Positions 1-9,688 of a DNA stretch of 64,000 bases are shown here, piece by piece; the stretch's first letter is position 1, and each line of letters starts with the position of its first letter. A program made the position numbers and the translations under genes. Source of the stretch: Porphyridium purpureum (taxonomy: Eukaryota); contig VRMN01000003.1 in assembly GCA_008690995.1 (NCBI GenBank), positions 620,001 to 684,000 on the forward strand, read 5' to 3'. The notes beneath the pieces are model-generated. The model was not told the DNA's origin, made no database searches, and saw nothing but the letters and a program-made list of their open reading frames with translations.

Positions 1-1
1 C

Positions 2-1234
2 GTCTTGTATCGTGATGGCGTCGAAGTCAAACGCATCCTCTCCGTCTTCGCCGTATGTATACCCGGATTCCATTTGCCCATCGACGCTGTATCGAAGTTC
101 GTGGTACTTTTCCGTCACGTCCAAGAGTCGCAGAACGCGGTCATCGCGCTTTTGCGCAGCTGAGTTGATAATGAGTCGTTTGCTTGTCGAGGTTGCGTTG
201 GAATCCTGCCGAGAAACCACCGGCGGAAACATGCCCGGCTGCGTCCCTGGAACCAGCTGGTTCATCGGAACCTGCGTAATCGGATGCAGGGTTGTCTGGA
301 AGCGTTCTTGCAAGGCTGTGAGCTCGTCTTCAGCTTGAATGGCGCGTTGCTCAGCAAGGTTCCGCTCCTTGCGCAGCACATGAATTTCCATCTCAAAATC
401 TGCGTTCTGCATTTTGGATGTGATCAATTGCTGCTCTAAGTCCTCTAAATTCCAGACTGAGTTTGCCCTTCCGACCAAAGATAGATCTAGAGCCTTCCCT
501 TCACTCCCCGTGTGATTTTCAAGAAGTCGCCGAAAGTCCTTGTTTTCTGCAATGGCCTGCTGTAGTTGTAAAGAATCCCGCTCGCGTTGCTTCTTCAGCG
601 CAGTGATCTCTTGCAACAGAACTTCGTTTTCCTGTGCAGCCTTTGCTAGCGTCTTGCCATTTGAGCGCTTCATACGTAGGAGCTCCCCGCGGAGCATCTC
701 GACCTCCTCTTCTAGTGATTTAAGATCGTATGATTGTTGCTCCAGCTGATACGCAAGATTTCGATTTTCGCGAAAGAGCTCCGTCGCGGAGGTTCCAGTG
801 CTTTTCTCGTTCATGATCCCATCCCCAGGACCAGGAACGCGCGGTGACACAGCAATACCACGCTTTATCGGCTGCTTTGTTCCGACGCTGCTTGCGGAGT
901 TTGGCGTAGAATCTACTTTATCGTCTCGAGCCCGACCGCTTGCTTCCCTATCGTCTGCAGCTTGCGCTCCTGGTTCAGGCGGAGCCACGGCAAGAATGCT
1001 GCTAGCTTGGTCTTCTTTTGGGGACAAGGAAGATTCAGCGTCATCATGCCCTGCATGTGCCTCTTGGGCACTTACAGCGCCAGAAGCGTCAAGTCGGTTA
1101 CCTTCGTTTTGAGCGTCTTCGCTCTGCCTCGTTTGGGACGCCGTCCCAATTTGAAATGCTCCTGAGGACGACACCAGAGGCGCTTGCTGTGACGAGTCCT
1201 CAACCTGATCCCGCTCGTCTGCTCTAGTCGCCAT
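2..1234 (-). CDS. Coiled-coil protein of unknown function (3' end runs off the window)
   Basis: ATG at 1234 (MATRADERDQ...) opens a minus frame I read without stops to the window edge. Low-complexity N-terminus, then heptad-rich segments (ELFRENRNLAYQLEQQSYDLKSLEEEVEMLRGEL). Absent from the ORF track because it has no stop codon. Confidence 0.7.
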   Translation of the reverse strand, partial: MATRADERDQVEDSSQQAPLVSSSGAFQIGTASQTRQSEDAQNEGNRLDASGAVSAQEAHAGHDDAESSLSPKEDQASSILAVAPPEPGAQAADDREASGRARDDKVDSTPNSASSVGTKQPIKRGIAVSPRVPGPGDGIMNEKSTGTSATELFRENRNLAYQLEQQSYDLKSLEEEVEMLRGELLRMKRSNGKTLAKAAQENEVLLQEITALKKQRERDSLQLQQAIAENKDFRRLLENHTGSEGKALDLSLVGRANSVWNLEDLEQQLITSKMQNADFEMEIHVLRKERNLAEQRAIQAEDELTALQERFQTTLHPITQVPMNQLVPGTQPGMFPPVVSRQDSNATSTSKRLIINSAAQKRDDRVLRLLDVTEKYHELRYSVDGQMESGYTYGEDGEDAFDFDAITIQD

Positions 1235-1604
1235 GTTTTCCGCGCTCGGGCCTGGCTTGCCTGAGACAAGCGAAGCCTGCAGCGCGCTCCGAAACGGCGG
1301 TGCGGAGGGACGGCAGGAGCGCGACACTCTGACGCACTTGAGCGCCCACCTTCTGACCAAGCGCGCGGGTTGGCCCCCGCCCCTCCCCCGTTTCTTCCCT
1401 CAGCCCGGACCTATGTCGCCGAAGTTGCCTGTAACGGCAAAAAAGCCTTGCCTCCGTGCCGTGTGAGGGCTGACGCTCCGCAGCACTGGCGCGTCCAACA
1501 AAGCGCGACGTCGACTGTACTGCGCGTCGGCAGCGCGCACTGTACCGCAAGCGCCAGTGGAGGCGCGAGAGGGGAAGACGCTGCGCGCCGCGACACCTTG
1601 AGCC

Positions 1605-3680
1605 ATGGAGCGGAGCGCGGGAACCCGCTGCGGCTCGGTGACTCTGTCGCGGCGGGGCTGGCCAGTGCTCATATGTGTGGCCTCGTGCGCATTGGCGCTG
1701 GCCATTCACGCGTTGCCCGCCGAACAGTCGACGCAGCGCCACGCGCAGCAAGACCCTTTTGCGCATCACGCATGGCAGGATGATGCAGAGCAGGAGCTCA
1801 TGCAAAACGCAAAAAGCGCCCTCAACTCATTCAGTCTGGTTTTCGTGGATCATAGCGTTGCCGGCGTCAAGGGCAAAGATCTTCCGTCGGAGCCCGCGCG
1901 CGGCTCCAGAATGGTCCATCTCATTGAGAACGGAGTGCCGAGAACGGCTTTCCTGGAAACGTGCATGGTGAGCGGATCATATTCCACCTCGCATGACGCC
2001 AGGATGTCATGCGCGTATGTGGATGAGTACACCACGCAAGTAGATTTGATTGCGTTGTTCAATCCGAGCCTGTATTCAATGCCAAAGCCTGACATCAAGG
2101 TCGTGAGTCTGCAAAAGCACGCGGGCAACTCATCCGCAAAGGCTCGATCAGAAGTGGATGATGTCAAGATAGGAATTAAGTACTTTTCGGCCAACCACGA
2201 CGCCGGCACCTCCATGTTCTCGATCGTGTTTGACTGTGGAATCCAGAGAGGCAATAATAGCGAACAGCTAGCAACTCTCACGTTCTCGTTTGACGATGAG
2301 GTGCATGTGTCGATATCAATACTGAAAAAATGTGCAACGTCTTTTCAGATGATGCATCCTGATCTGTTGGTTTCTTTGGAATCCAATGCTATGACGAACG
2401 CGAAACCAAACACCAGAGTTGAGCTCACGCCGGGAAGTGACATTCTGTTCGAGCTTCTGACAGACGAGGTTGTGATTCCAGAAGACAAGGGCGTCGTGAT
2501 TAATCTTCTTGTATCCCTGAAGTTCCCAGGCACCATACATAAGATCGGGTCGATTGTCTGGAACAGAGCTCCTCCAGGCTTTGAAGTTTCCATTGTGGCC
2601 ATGAATTCATTGGAGTTTATCAGGCGAGGACTTTATTCCAAATTCCCATTGCTTGCGACATGTTCCTCAGAGAAGCTGGAAGGTGTGGGCTCGTCGCGAG
2701 CATTTGAAGTGTCATTTGATATGACGCCATTTCGCCCTCTGCGAATCCGCTGGAATATGACGTGCGCCGCACGCTTGCAGGAGCCAAAAAGGGCGTCTGT
2801 TGCAGAAATGCGCGCACAGGCAAGCGCAATGCTAAGCGCAAACGCTGCGAAAGCGGCTGTCCTAAATGCAAGCTCAGAAAACAGCGTTGGTCGCAGGAAT
2901 GACAGCCCTGACCCTCGGATCATGCGTGACGATCTTGCTGGAGACAAGCAGCGAGAGTTGACCAAGCGCGAAAACTTCAGTGCGCTCATCAACGTCTGCG
3001 TCTTTAATGTGGTGCATCCTGAAATTGTGCAGGCAGGGAAGGTGCAGAAAGAATATAACATCACTCGAGCTAATTTTCAACTTTTTGCGCTGCGGGATCC
3101 ACGTGCACTTGCACTGCCGATCAAATGGCTTGACCCACGTGTATCCATCTTTGAGGCCAGCGTGTGGGCGGGGTTGCGAAGGACCATTAATTACTCTGGC
3201 GTTTATATCTCATCATCTGCACCAGATATTGTAATGGGTGCTCTGGTGCTTCCTTCAATGTTTAGCTATTTCTACATGTCGGAGTCGGGTGGTTCGATTG
3301 TCGATATGCGCAAGTTACGGGTCATGTGTGTTTGCTTGGACGCGGGTAGTGCGTACGTAATGGTGTCAGTGGTTCTAGAGGACGGCTCTCTGATTGAGTT
3401 TGGGTTTGCAAAGGAGTGCGACAGTCCCCAGATGCATCAACGCTCCGGTCAGCTGACGGCTGTGTCTTTGATGAACTGGATCCTATTTTGCATGATGGCT
3501 GCATCGGCTGGCACTCTTGCATTTTTTGTCAAACGTCAGTCCCTGTCGTTCAACATGCAACCTTCCGGCACACGGTACAGTGAATCTCGCTTCTCCCGCG
3601 GACCCCGAGTCGGAACTACCGGAGCCAGACCGGTGGAGCGTGCTGGTCAATTTGATACGTCGTGTCTCAAAGACGGTTAG
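1605..3680 (+). CDS. Putative type I membrane/secreted protein of unknown function
   Basis: 691-aa ORF; N-terminal hydrophobic signal (VLICVASCALALAIHA), beta-rich ectodomain with paired Cys, C-terminal TM (WILFCMMAASAGTLAFFV) followed by KRQ. Confidence 0.75.
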   Translation: MERSAGTRCGSVTLSRRGWPVLICVASCALALAIHALPAEQSTQRHAQQDPFAHHAWQDDAEQELMQNAKSALNSFSLVFVDHSVAGVKGKDLPSEPARGSRMVHLIENGVPRTAFLETCMVSGSYSTSHDARMSCAYVDEYTTQVDLIALFNPSLYSMPKPDIKVVSLQKHAGNSSAKARSEVDDVKIGIKYFSANHDAGTSMFSIVFDCGIQRGNNSEQLATLTFSFDDEVHVSISILKKCATSFQMMHPDLLVSLESNAMTNAKPNTRVELTPGSDILFELLTDEVVIPEDKGVVINLLVSLKFPGTIHKIGSIVWNRAPPGFEVSIVAMNSLEFIRRGLYSKFPLLATCSSEKLEGVGSSRAFEVSFDMTPFRPLRIRWNMTCAARLQEPKRASVAEMRAQASAMLSANAAKAAVLNASSENSVGRRNDSPDPRIMRDDLAGDKQRELTKRENFSALINVCVFNVVHPEIVQAGKVQKEYNITRANFQLFALRDPRALALPIKWLDPRVSIFEASVWAGLRRTINYSGVYISSSAPDIVMGALVLPSMFSYFYMSESGGSIVDMRKLRVMCVCLDAGSAYVMVSVVLEDGSLIEFGFAKECDSPQMHQRSGQLTAVSLMNWILFCMMAASAGTLAFFVKRQSLSFNMQPSGTRYSESRFSRGPRVGTTGARPVERAGQFDTSCLKDG

Positions 3681-3796
3681 TTGAAAGCTTGCGTCGATCA
3701 TAAACATACATATTCTTTTTCCTTCTGCTTTGGATATGCGTTCTTCTTCTACTTTGTTCCGTTCTTCAAGGCACCGTGATTTACTTTGGCTTCATA

Positions 3797-5020
3797 TCAT
3801 CCTCGCCACGTGAGGGTGTGACCGGTCGGAGGCGGGACCGGCTGGAGGCGGTGCATAATAAGAGCGAGCTTGTCGTCGTACGTCAACTTACCGTTGAGGT
3901 CGACAAAATGGGCGGCGAGCAAGTCAAAGCGCCGCGTGACAAGCCACGCAAAAAGCTCAAACTCATGTGTATCGCTGAACATGGTAGCCTGATTTTTAGC
4001 GTATTCGTCCGTCGTGCGCTCGTACTCTTTGTTCATTTCCGTCCAGTGCATAGATGGGTGAAGGTGGTGGACCACATGGTAATCCTCGTTCAGGACCGGA
4101 TACTGGCCATTCAATACCGTCAGTGAGCTAATGTACTCATTGTTTGGGTCGTTGGGATCCACGAACGCGTGCCACACATAATTCATCGCAGAGAGGTACA
4201 CCATGGTTTCAAAATGTGGCAAGAAATAGTACCCGAGTCCAAACCGCCAGTCTAAAGCCACAAGCCCCAATCCGAGGCAGTAGTACCAAGCCATGCCCAC
4301 GCCAACTTGCACGGCGTTCGCGGTGTCTCTTCTCCTTAGGAAATGAGCCACACAGCTAATCCCTGTCCAATACAGTACAAACTCCCCGAGGTAGTAGACA
4401 AAGTTCACTGGATCGGATCGATCAAAAGGGAGCGTCGTCGTTACATCATCGTACTGGTTATCAAAGCGGTGGTGCAGCTTGACATGATTCACGCGGTATG
4501 ATTCAGGTACGTGGCCGTAGAAGAACCCGACGTACCATTCCAGGATCCGATTGAGAAAGCGCACTTTAAATAGGCCGCGCCGAAAGTGGCCCTCCTTATG
4601 AATCAGGGTGGCTGCATGTGCGAAGAACCGAAAATATGGACCCATTCGCAGCACGTGAAACAAAAGCATCAACCCGTACGACCATACACCCTTGAGTACC
4701 GCGTACTGAATGTACACGCACGCTGCCGATATGATCGTTGGATAAATGATCAGGGGTAGAATGATTGGCAGCAGCAGCGCGTCCTGCTCGTTAACTAACA
4801 AGCGACTCGCCCACGAACGAGACAGTCTCTCGATCTCCGTCCAAAGTCGCTTGCCTGGCAGCGAACGCCAGCCCATCTTCCACAGCACGTCCCAGACCAT
4901 CGAGCAACCAATCGACACACCCATCCAAGGCGTCACTGTGAGTACGACCAGAGCAATGCACATATATGCCGCGCGCTGCCATGGTGGCAGCAGGCATGAA
5001 CTCAGCATGTTTTCTTGCAT
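3797..5020 (-). CDS. Membrane-bound fatty acid desaturase/hydroxylase family protein
   Basis: Three histidine boxes HKEGH, HVKLHH, YHVVHH with hydrophobic segments between. First ATG at 5020; the ORF track starts at an upstream non-ATG codon. Confidence 0.85.
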   Translation of the reverse strand: MQENMLSSCLLPPWQRAAYMCIALVVLTVTPWMGVSIGCSMVWDVLWKMGWRSLPGKRLWTEIERLSRSWASRLLVNEQDALLLPIILPLIIYPTIISAACVYIQYAVLKGVWSYGLMLLFHVLRMGPYFRFFAHAATLIHKEGHFRRGLFKVRFLNRILEWYVGFFYGHVPESYRVNHVKLHHRFDNQYDDVTTTLPFDRSDPVNFVYYLGEFVLYWTGISCVAHFLRRRDTANAVQVGVGMAWYYCLGLGLVALDWRFGLGYYFLPHFETMVYLSAMNYVWHAFVDPNDPNNEYISSLTVLNGQYPVLNEDYHVVHHLHPSMHWTEMNKEYERTTDEYAKNQATMFSDTHEFELFAWLVTRRFDLLAAHFVDLNGKLTYDDKLALIMHRLQPVPPPTGHTLTWRG

Positions 5021-5509
5021 GACCTTTGCACGACGCGCGAAGTAGCCGGGGTCAAAACGTTCTTCGCCGCGCCGTGATTGCTGTCCGCCTATGCAATCCA
5101 GCAACCCCGTGAAAAGAGTGTAGGCTAGCCGATAGGTTTGTCCGTTGCGGGCAAACTGAACCGACGAATGCTTTGGAGGTACAGCGCTGGTCTGCTGTGC
5201 GCGTCGTCCTGCTTGGACGCTATTTGGACACAAGTTCTATCAAAGCATTCTGATTTACCATAAACAGCATCTCAGTTGCACGCTCCTTAACGGTTGAAAA
5301 CCGGTAACCCGCTTGCCACCTTGCACCTGTGCGTGCGAGGACACGGGTTATTTCAGAGTACTCTGATTAAACTTCAAACAATGTCGAAAAAATAACGACC
5401 TTCATTTAGAACGTCAACTAAGGTACAGTGTACGACTGTACATCATTTCGACTTCAACGCTGTGTTGGGTTGAGTTCATTCATACGTGCTCGCGCCGTTC
5501 CGCGCCGGT

Positions 5510-6715
5510 TTAAGCCACGCTCGACAGTTTCAGCCCTGCTTCATTCAGAATCTTCGCGAGCTCGCCATCTGCATACATGCGCTTCATATTCTCTGCCGTT
5601 CCCAGGTGCCGCTTTTGGATGAAGACGTTCGGCACCGTCGACTGCTTGGTCAGACGTTCGAGGGCGGCAATCAGATCTGGTGAATCCTCCACTTTGTACT
5701 CTGTGTAGGGAACCGCGAGCTTCGTAAAAATCTGGCGCACCTCTTCACAGAATGGACAACCGCTCTTCGAGAACATCACTATAGAAGACGACGCAATCTT
5801 GTCACGCAGGTCATTATCCGCCCTCTCCAACGCCACTGCATCCTGGCTGATATTGCCCTTGTGCAGGCCACACTCTTTCTGGGTTGCCTCTTCCCACCAC
5901 CAGCGCCCTTCGCGTTCATGCTGATTGGGCAATACTGGCTTCGTGCACGGCTCACAGCCAATCGAGGTGAAGCCACGCAGGTGGAGCGGGTTGTAGGGGA
6001 TCTCTACGATGCGAATCATTGACCAAACGTCCGCAGAAGATGTGTTTGCAAGTGGGTTAAACTTGATCAGGTCCGAGTCGTTCGCTCCTCGGAACGCGGG
6101 ATCCACCTGGCACATGGGTACCTCCGTGCGAGTGCCGGGCGACTGGTCCTTTCGCTGGCCCGTGATCCACGCCTTGAGCGTGCCCAGTTTTTTGCGAAGC
6201 GGACGCACTTTGCGAACGCGGCAGCATTCTTGATGACCGTCCTCGTAAAACGAGAAGAGGCCCTTTTCGTTCACGAGCGCCTCAACCTCACCAGCATCCC
6301 CGTAGCAGTACTCGATCCTGATACCATAATGCTTCTCCACCTCCGCGTAATACCGCAATGTCTCTGCATGTAGCCGGCCGGTCTCGAGGGCAAACACACG
6401 GAAGGGCCGGCCGGTGCGCTGAGCGTATTCGATGAGCACCACGTCCTCCGCCCCCGAAAACGCAATTGCCGCATCCTTGCCAAAGCTCTCCAACGCCTTG
6501 TCCATGACCTCGACGGGGTCAGCGCGCTCCTTGGACCATTTCGCACCCAAAGTGTTCCAATCCTCGGACATGCGCAGAAGCTGAGCCACGGAGGCGCGCC
6601 GAGCGCGGCGCGGAGCCCCGGAGAGCCGCGAACGCGAGCCAATTCTGCTGCAAAGCGCAGTGCGGCGGCTGTAAGCCGGCGCGGTCTCAGCTCCCCCATA
6701 CACGATAAAAGCCAT
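5510..6715 (-). CDS. APR: Adenosine 5'-phosphosulfate reductase (4Fe-4S type) with C-terminal glutaredoxin domain, plastid-targeted
   Basis: [41 protein letters not shown] motifs; C-terminal CPFC...TVPNVF; N-terminal MAF- Arg/Ser-rich transit peptide. Confidence 0.93.
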   Translation of the reverse strand: MAFIVYGGAETAPAYSRRTALCSRIGSRSRLSGAPRRARRASVAQLLRMSEDWNTLGAKWSKERADPVEVMDKALESFGKDAAIAFSGAEDVVLIEYAQRTGRPFRVFALETGRLHAETLRYYAEVEKHYGIRIEYCYGDAGEVEALVNEKGLFSFYEDGHQECCRVRKVRPLRKKLGTLKAWITGQRKDQSPGTRTEVPMCQVDPAFRGANDSDLIKFNPLANTSSADVWSMIRIVEIPYNPLHLRGFTSIGCEPCTKPVLPNQHEREGRWWWEEATQKECGLHKGNISQDAVALERADNDLRDKIASSSIVMFSKSGCPFCEEVRQIFTKLAVPYTEYKVEDSPDLIAALERLTKQSTVPNVFIQKRHLGTAENMKRMYADGELAKILNEAGLKLSSVA

Positions 6716-6992
6716 TGTCACGGTTCCGAAAAGTACAGAATTCGCCCTCCCAGCCCCCGTGCGTGCGACCCGCAGCTACAGGAGAAATGCCCTTCAGGTC
6801 GACGTCGCGCCGAGGCCACAACGCCGACCGATCTGGGCCCGTGGCCGCAGAACTGTACCTATATGGTACAGTTTGGTCGGACAGCGGTCTGGGCCAAACT
6901 GGACGCTGCTGCGGCTTCGTGCGCAGTGGCTCGGGCCACTGTTCGAACGAGTGGCGCGGGTGGTGGCGGCGTCGGAACGCACGGCAGGCGCG

Positions 6993-9497
6993 ATGGCTGG
7001 CGTTCAGCGTGTAGATGTGCTTCGGACGGGCTTGGAGACGGACGTGCTGGAAGTGATGCCCCTGGGCGCCGGCTGCGAGGTCGGGCGCTCGTGTTGCATC
7101 GTCAAGTTCAAGGGCAAAACGGTCTTGTTTGACTGCGGAGTGCATCCGGCCTACTCTGGCTTGGCCTCGCTGCCGTTTTTCGACGCCATTGAGCCCGATC
7201 AGATTGACCTTGCGCTCATCACTCACTTTCACCTCGACCATTGCGCGGGATTACCATACTTGCTCGAGCGGACAAACTTTAACCCCAAGGCGCGCATTTT
7301 CATGACACATCCAACGAAGGCTATTTACAAGGCGCTTCTCTCCGACTTTGTGCGTGTTTCGCACTCTGGTGGGTCCACAAACGCAAATGCGGCGCTTTAC
7401 AATGAGCAAGATATTGACAGAACCATGGATCGTATAGAAACCGTGGACTATCATCAAGAAATGAATATTGCTGGCATTCGCTTCTGGGCTTATAACGCCG
7501 GCCACGTGCTAGGAGCTGCTATGTTCTTGATTGAAATAGCTGGTGTTCGTGTCTTGTACACCGGCGATTTCAGTCGTCTCGAGGACCGGCACTTGAAGGA
7601 AGCTGAGCTTCCACCTTTCGAAACAGACGTGCTGATTGTAGAGTCCACGTACGGCACTCAAGTGCACGAACCGCGCAAAATTCGGGAGTCTCGCTTCACT
7701 CAAAAAGTCGCCCAGATTGTGCGTCGAGGTGGTAGATGCTTGCTGCCAGTCTTTGCCCTCGGTCGCGCACAAGAACTTCTTCTTATTCTTGACGAATTTT
7801 GGGAAGCGCATCCGGACTTGCAGCATGTCCCAATCTACTATGCCTCCGCCCTCGCAAAGCGCTGCATGAGTGTCTATCTGACGTACATTAACATGATGAA
7901 CGACTCTGTGCGAAAGAGGTACGACGTTTCGAATCCTTTTGCATTCAAATTTGTGTCGAATCTCAAGTCTATTGAGCACTTCAGTGACACAGGACCTTGT
8001 GTGGTCATGGCATCACCCGGTATGTTGCAGAGCGGGCTTTCACGGCAGTTGTGCGAGCGATGGTGTACCGATAAGCGCAACGGCATTCTCTTGTGCGGCT
8101 ATGCCGTGGACGGAACTCTGGCAAAGCACATCATGACGGAACCGGCTTCAATCACGAGACAGGACGGCAAAGAGGTTCCTTTGCGTTGTTCTGTGGATTA
8201 TATCACTTTCTCGGCGCATTCAGACTTCATTCAAACGAAGGGCTTTATAGAAGCCTTGCGACCTAGTAATATCATTCTTGTCCACGGCCAGGTTGATGAG
8301 ATGGGTCGCTTACGGGCTGCCTTAGAAGCAGAGTTCAACAAGCAGGCGAGTGTGACTGCTTTGAAAAACGCAGAGGCATTTATTTCTGCTCCACTATCTT
8401 TGAACGCCGGTGGAGATGTCGCGCAGGTACCAATGACGAGCACTGCTGATCCCCTGGCAACAGGCGAAAAGCCCCAGTCGGATCCATTGACTACGATTGC
8501 CATGAGTGCCGTGGATGGCGCCTTGGGGGGATTGGTTTATATTGTTCCCGCAGGGGCGAAGGATCCTTTGCTTTCATCTGGGCATCCAGCCGACCACCCA
8601 TTGCGAGATATCAGAATCTTTTGCCCGAAGAACACTGAGACCGTGCCGCTAGAGTTTCGTGGTGAAAAAGTGGGCAAGGCTATCAGCGTTCTGCCCAAGC
8701 GCAAGCTTGAAACCGGAATGAGTGTGTCAGGGATGATGATTCGGCAGGACTTTCATCACACTCTTCTGAAGCCAAGTGATTTGCATAGGTACACAAACAT
8801 TAAGGTGTCTAGAATTGGTCAGAGGCAGGTTGTTCCTCTGACCGGCACCTGGGAGGCACTCAAACTTCACTTATGTTCATTGTTTGAAACAGTGGAGGAA
8901 CTCGATGGCAACGACGGATGCCGACCCGGTCTCTTGCTTGCAAATAGGAACATTATTCTGACATGCGTGCCGGAAAAAAGCCAGTCGGCAGTGGAAACTT
9001 CTCAAGGCCCGTCTACTTCTGCCTTTGGTCCTCAGGCGCACGTCATCATCGAGTGGCGGGCAAATTATGCGACTGATATGATCGTGGAAAGTGTTGCGTC
9101 GATGTGTGTCAATGGGTCACTGCAGAATGATAAAATTCATCGCGCTGTTGGGATCGACAAAGTTCCAGTGCTACGGACGAGCGAGAAGAATGACTCGCGC
9201 CAAGTTCTGCCGTCAAATGCGCTCGGCATTACAGACGCGGACCTGAACCAGGCGCTCGAGATTACGCGAAAAATGTTGGCCCAGGTGTTTGGTCCGCTCC
9301 TTGTCAATGAGGACCACGACAAGAAAAGTAAGCTTGTTGTCGATTTTTTCGACGTCGAAATTGACCACGACTCCGGCATGGTAGCATGCGAAGATCCGAA
9401 AGTACGGGACCGTGTCTGGATGGCGCTGCGTCGAATTCATTCTGTTGTGTACCCCATCCCGGACTACTATTGTGATTGTTGTGACTGCGGTGAGTGA
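6993..9497 (+). CDS. CPSF3: Cleavage and polyadenylation specificity factor 73 kDa subunit (Ysh1), metallo-beta-lactamase/beta-CASP endonuclease
   Basis: PLGAGCEVGRSC, THFHLDHC, AGHVLGAAMF, YTGDFSR, ESTYG, ASPGMLQSGLSR, FSAHSD. First in-frame ATG at 6993. Confidence 0.95.
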   Translation: MAGVQRVDVLRTGLETDVLEVMPLGAGCEVGRSCCIVKFKGKTVLFDCGVHPAYSGLASLPFFDAIEPDQIDLALITHFHLDHCAGLPYLLERTNFNPKARIFMTHPTKAIYKALLSDFVRVSHSGGSTNANAALYNEQDIDRTMDRIETVDYHQEMNIAGIRFWAYNAGHVLGAAMFLIEIAGVRVLYTGDFSRLEDRHLKEAELPPFETDVLIVESTYGTQVHEPRKIRESRFTQKVAQIVRRGGRCLLPVFALGRAQELLLILDEFWEAHPDLQHVPIYYASALAKRCMSVYLTYINMMNDSVRKRYDVSNPFAFKFVSNLKSIEHFSDTGPCVVMASPGMLQSGLSRQLCERWCTDKRNGILLCGYAVDGTLAKHIMTEPASITRQDGKEVPLRCSVDYITFSAHSDFIQTKGFIEALRPSNIILVHGQVDEMGRLRAALEAEFNKQASVTALKNAEAFISAPLSLNAGGDVAQVPMTSTADPLATGEKPQSDPLTTIAMSAVDGALGGLVYIVPAGAKDPLLSSGHPADHPLRDIRIFCPKNTETVPLEFRGEKVGKAISVLPKRKLETGMSVSGMMIRQDFHHTLLKPSDLHRYTNIKVSRIGQRQVVPLTGTWEALKLHLCSLFETVEELDGNDGCRPGLLLANRNIILTCVPEKSQSAVETSQGPSTSAFGPQAHVIIEWRANYATDMIVESVASMCVNGSLQNDKIHRAVGIDKVPVLRTSEKNDSRQVLPSNALGITDADLNQALEITRKMLAQVFGPLLVNEDHDKKSKLVVDFFDVEIDHDSGMVACEDPKVRDRVWMALRRIHSVVYPIPDYYCDCCDCGE

Positions 9498-9688
9498 CGG
9501 GAGTCTTCAAGTTCATCCACGTAAACCGAGCATGCACTGGTGAAAATAGTGGTCTACAGGTCAAGCGGGTTCGCTTCAAGTCTTCGGACCCCAGGACCAC
9601 GAGTTATAGAAGTACACCTGAGAGCGTTTACGTTGAGAATGTACTAATAGCGTGCGTTGTGAGCGCCTTCCCCATCTGGGACTAGAGA

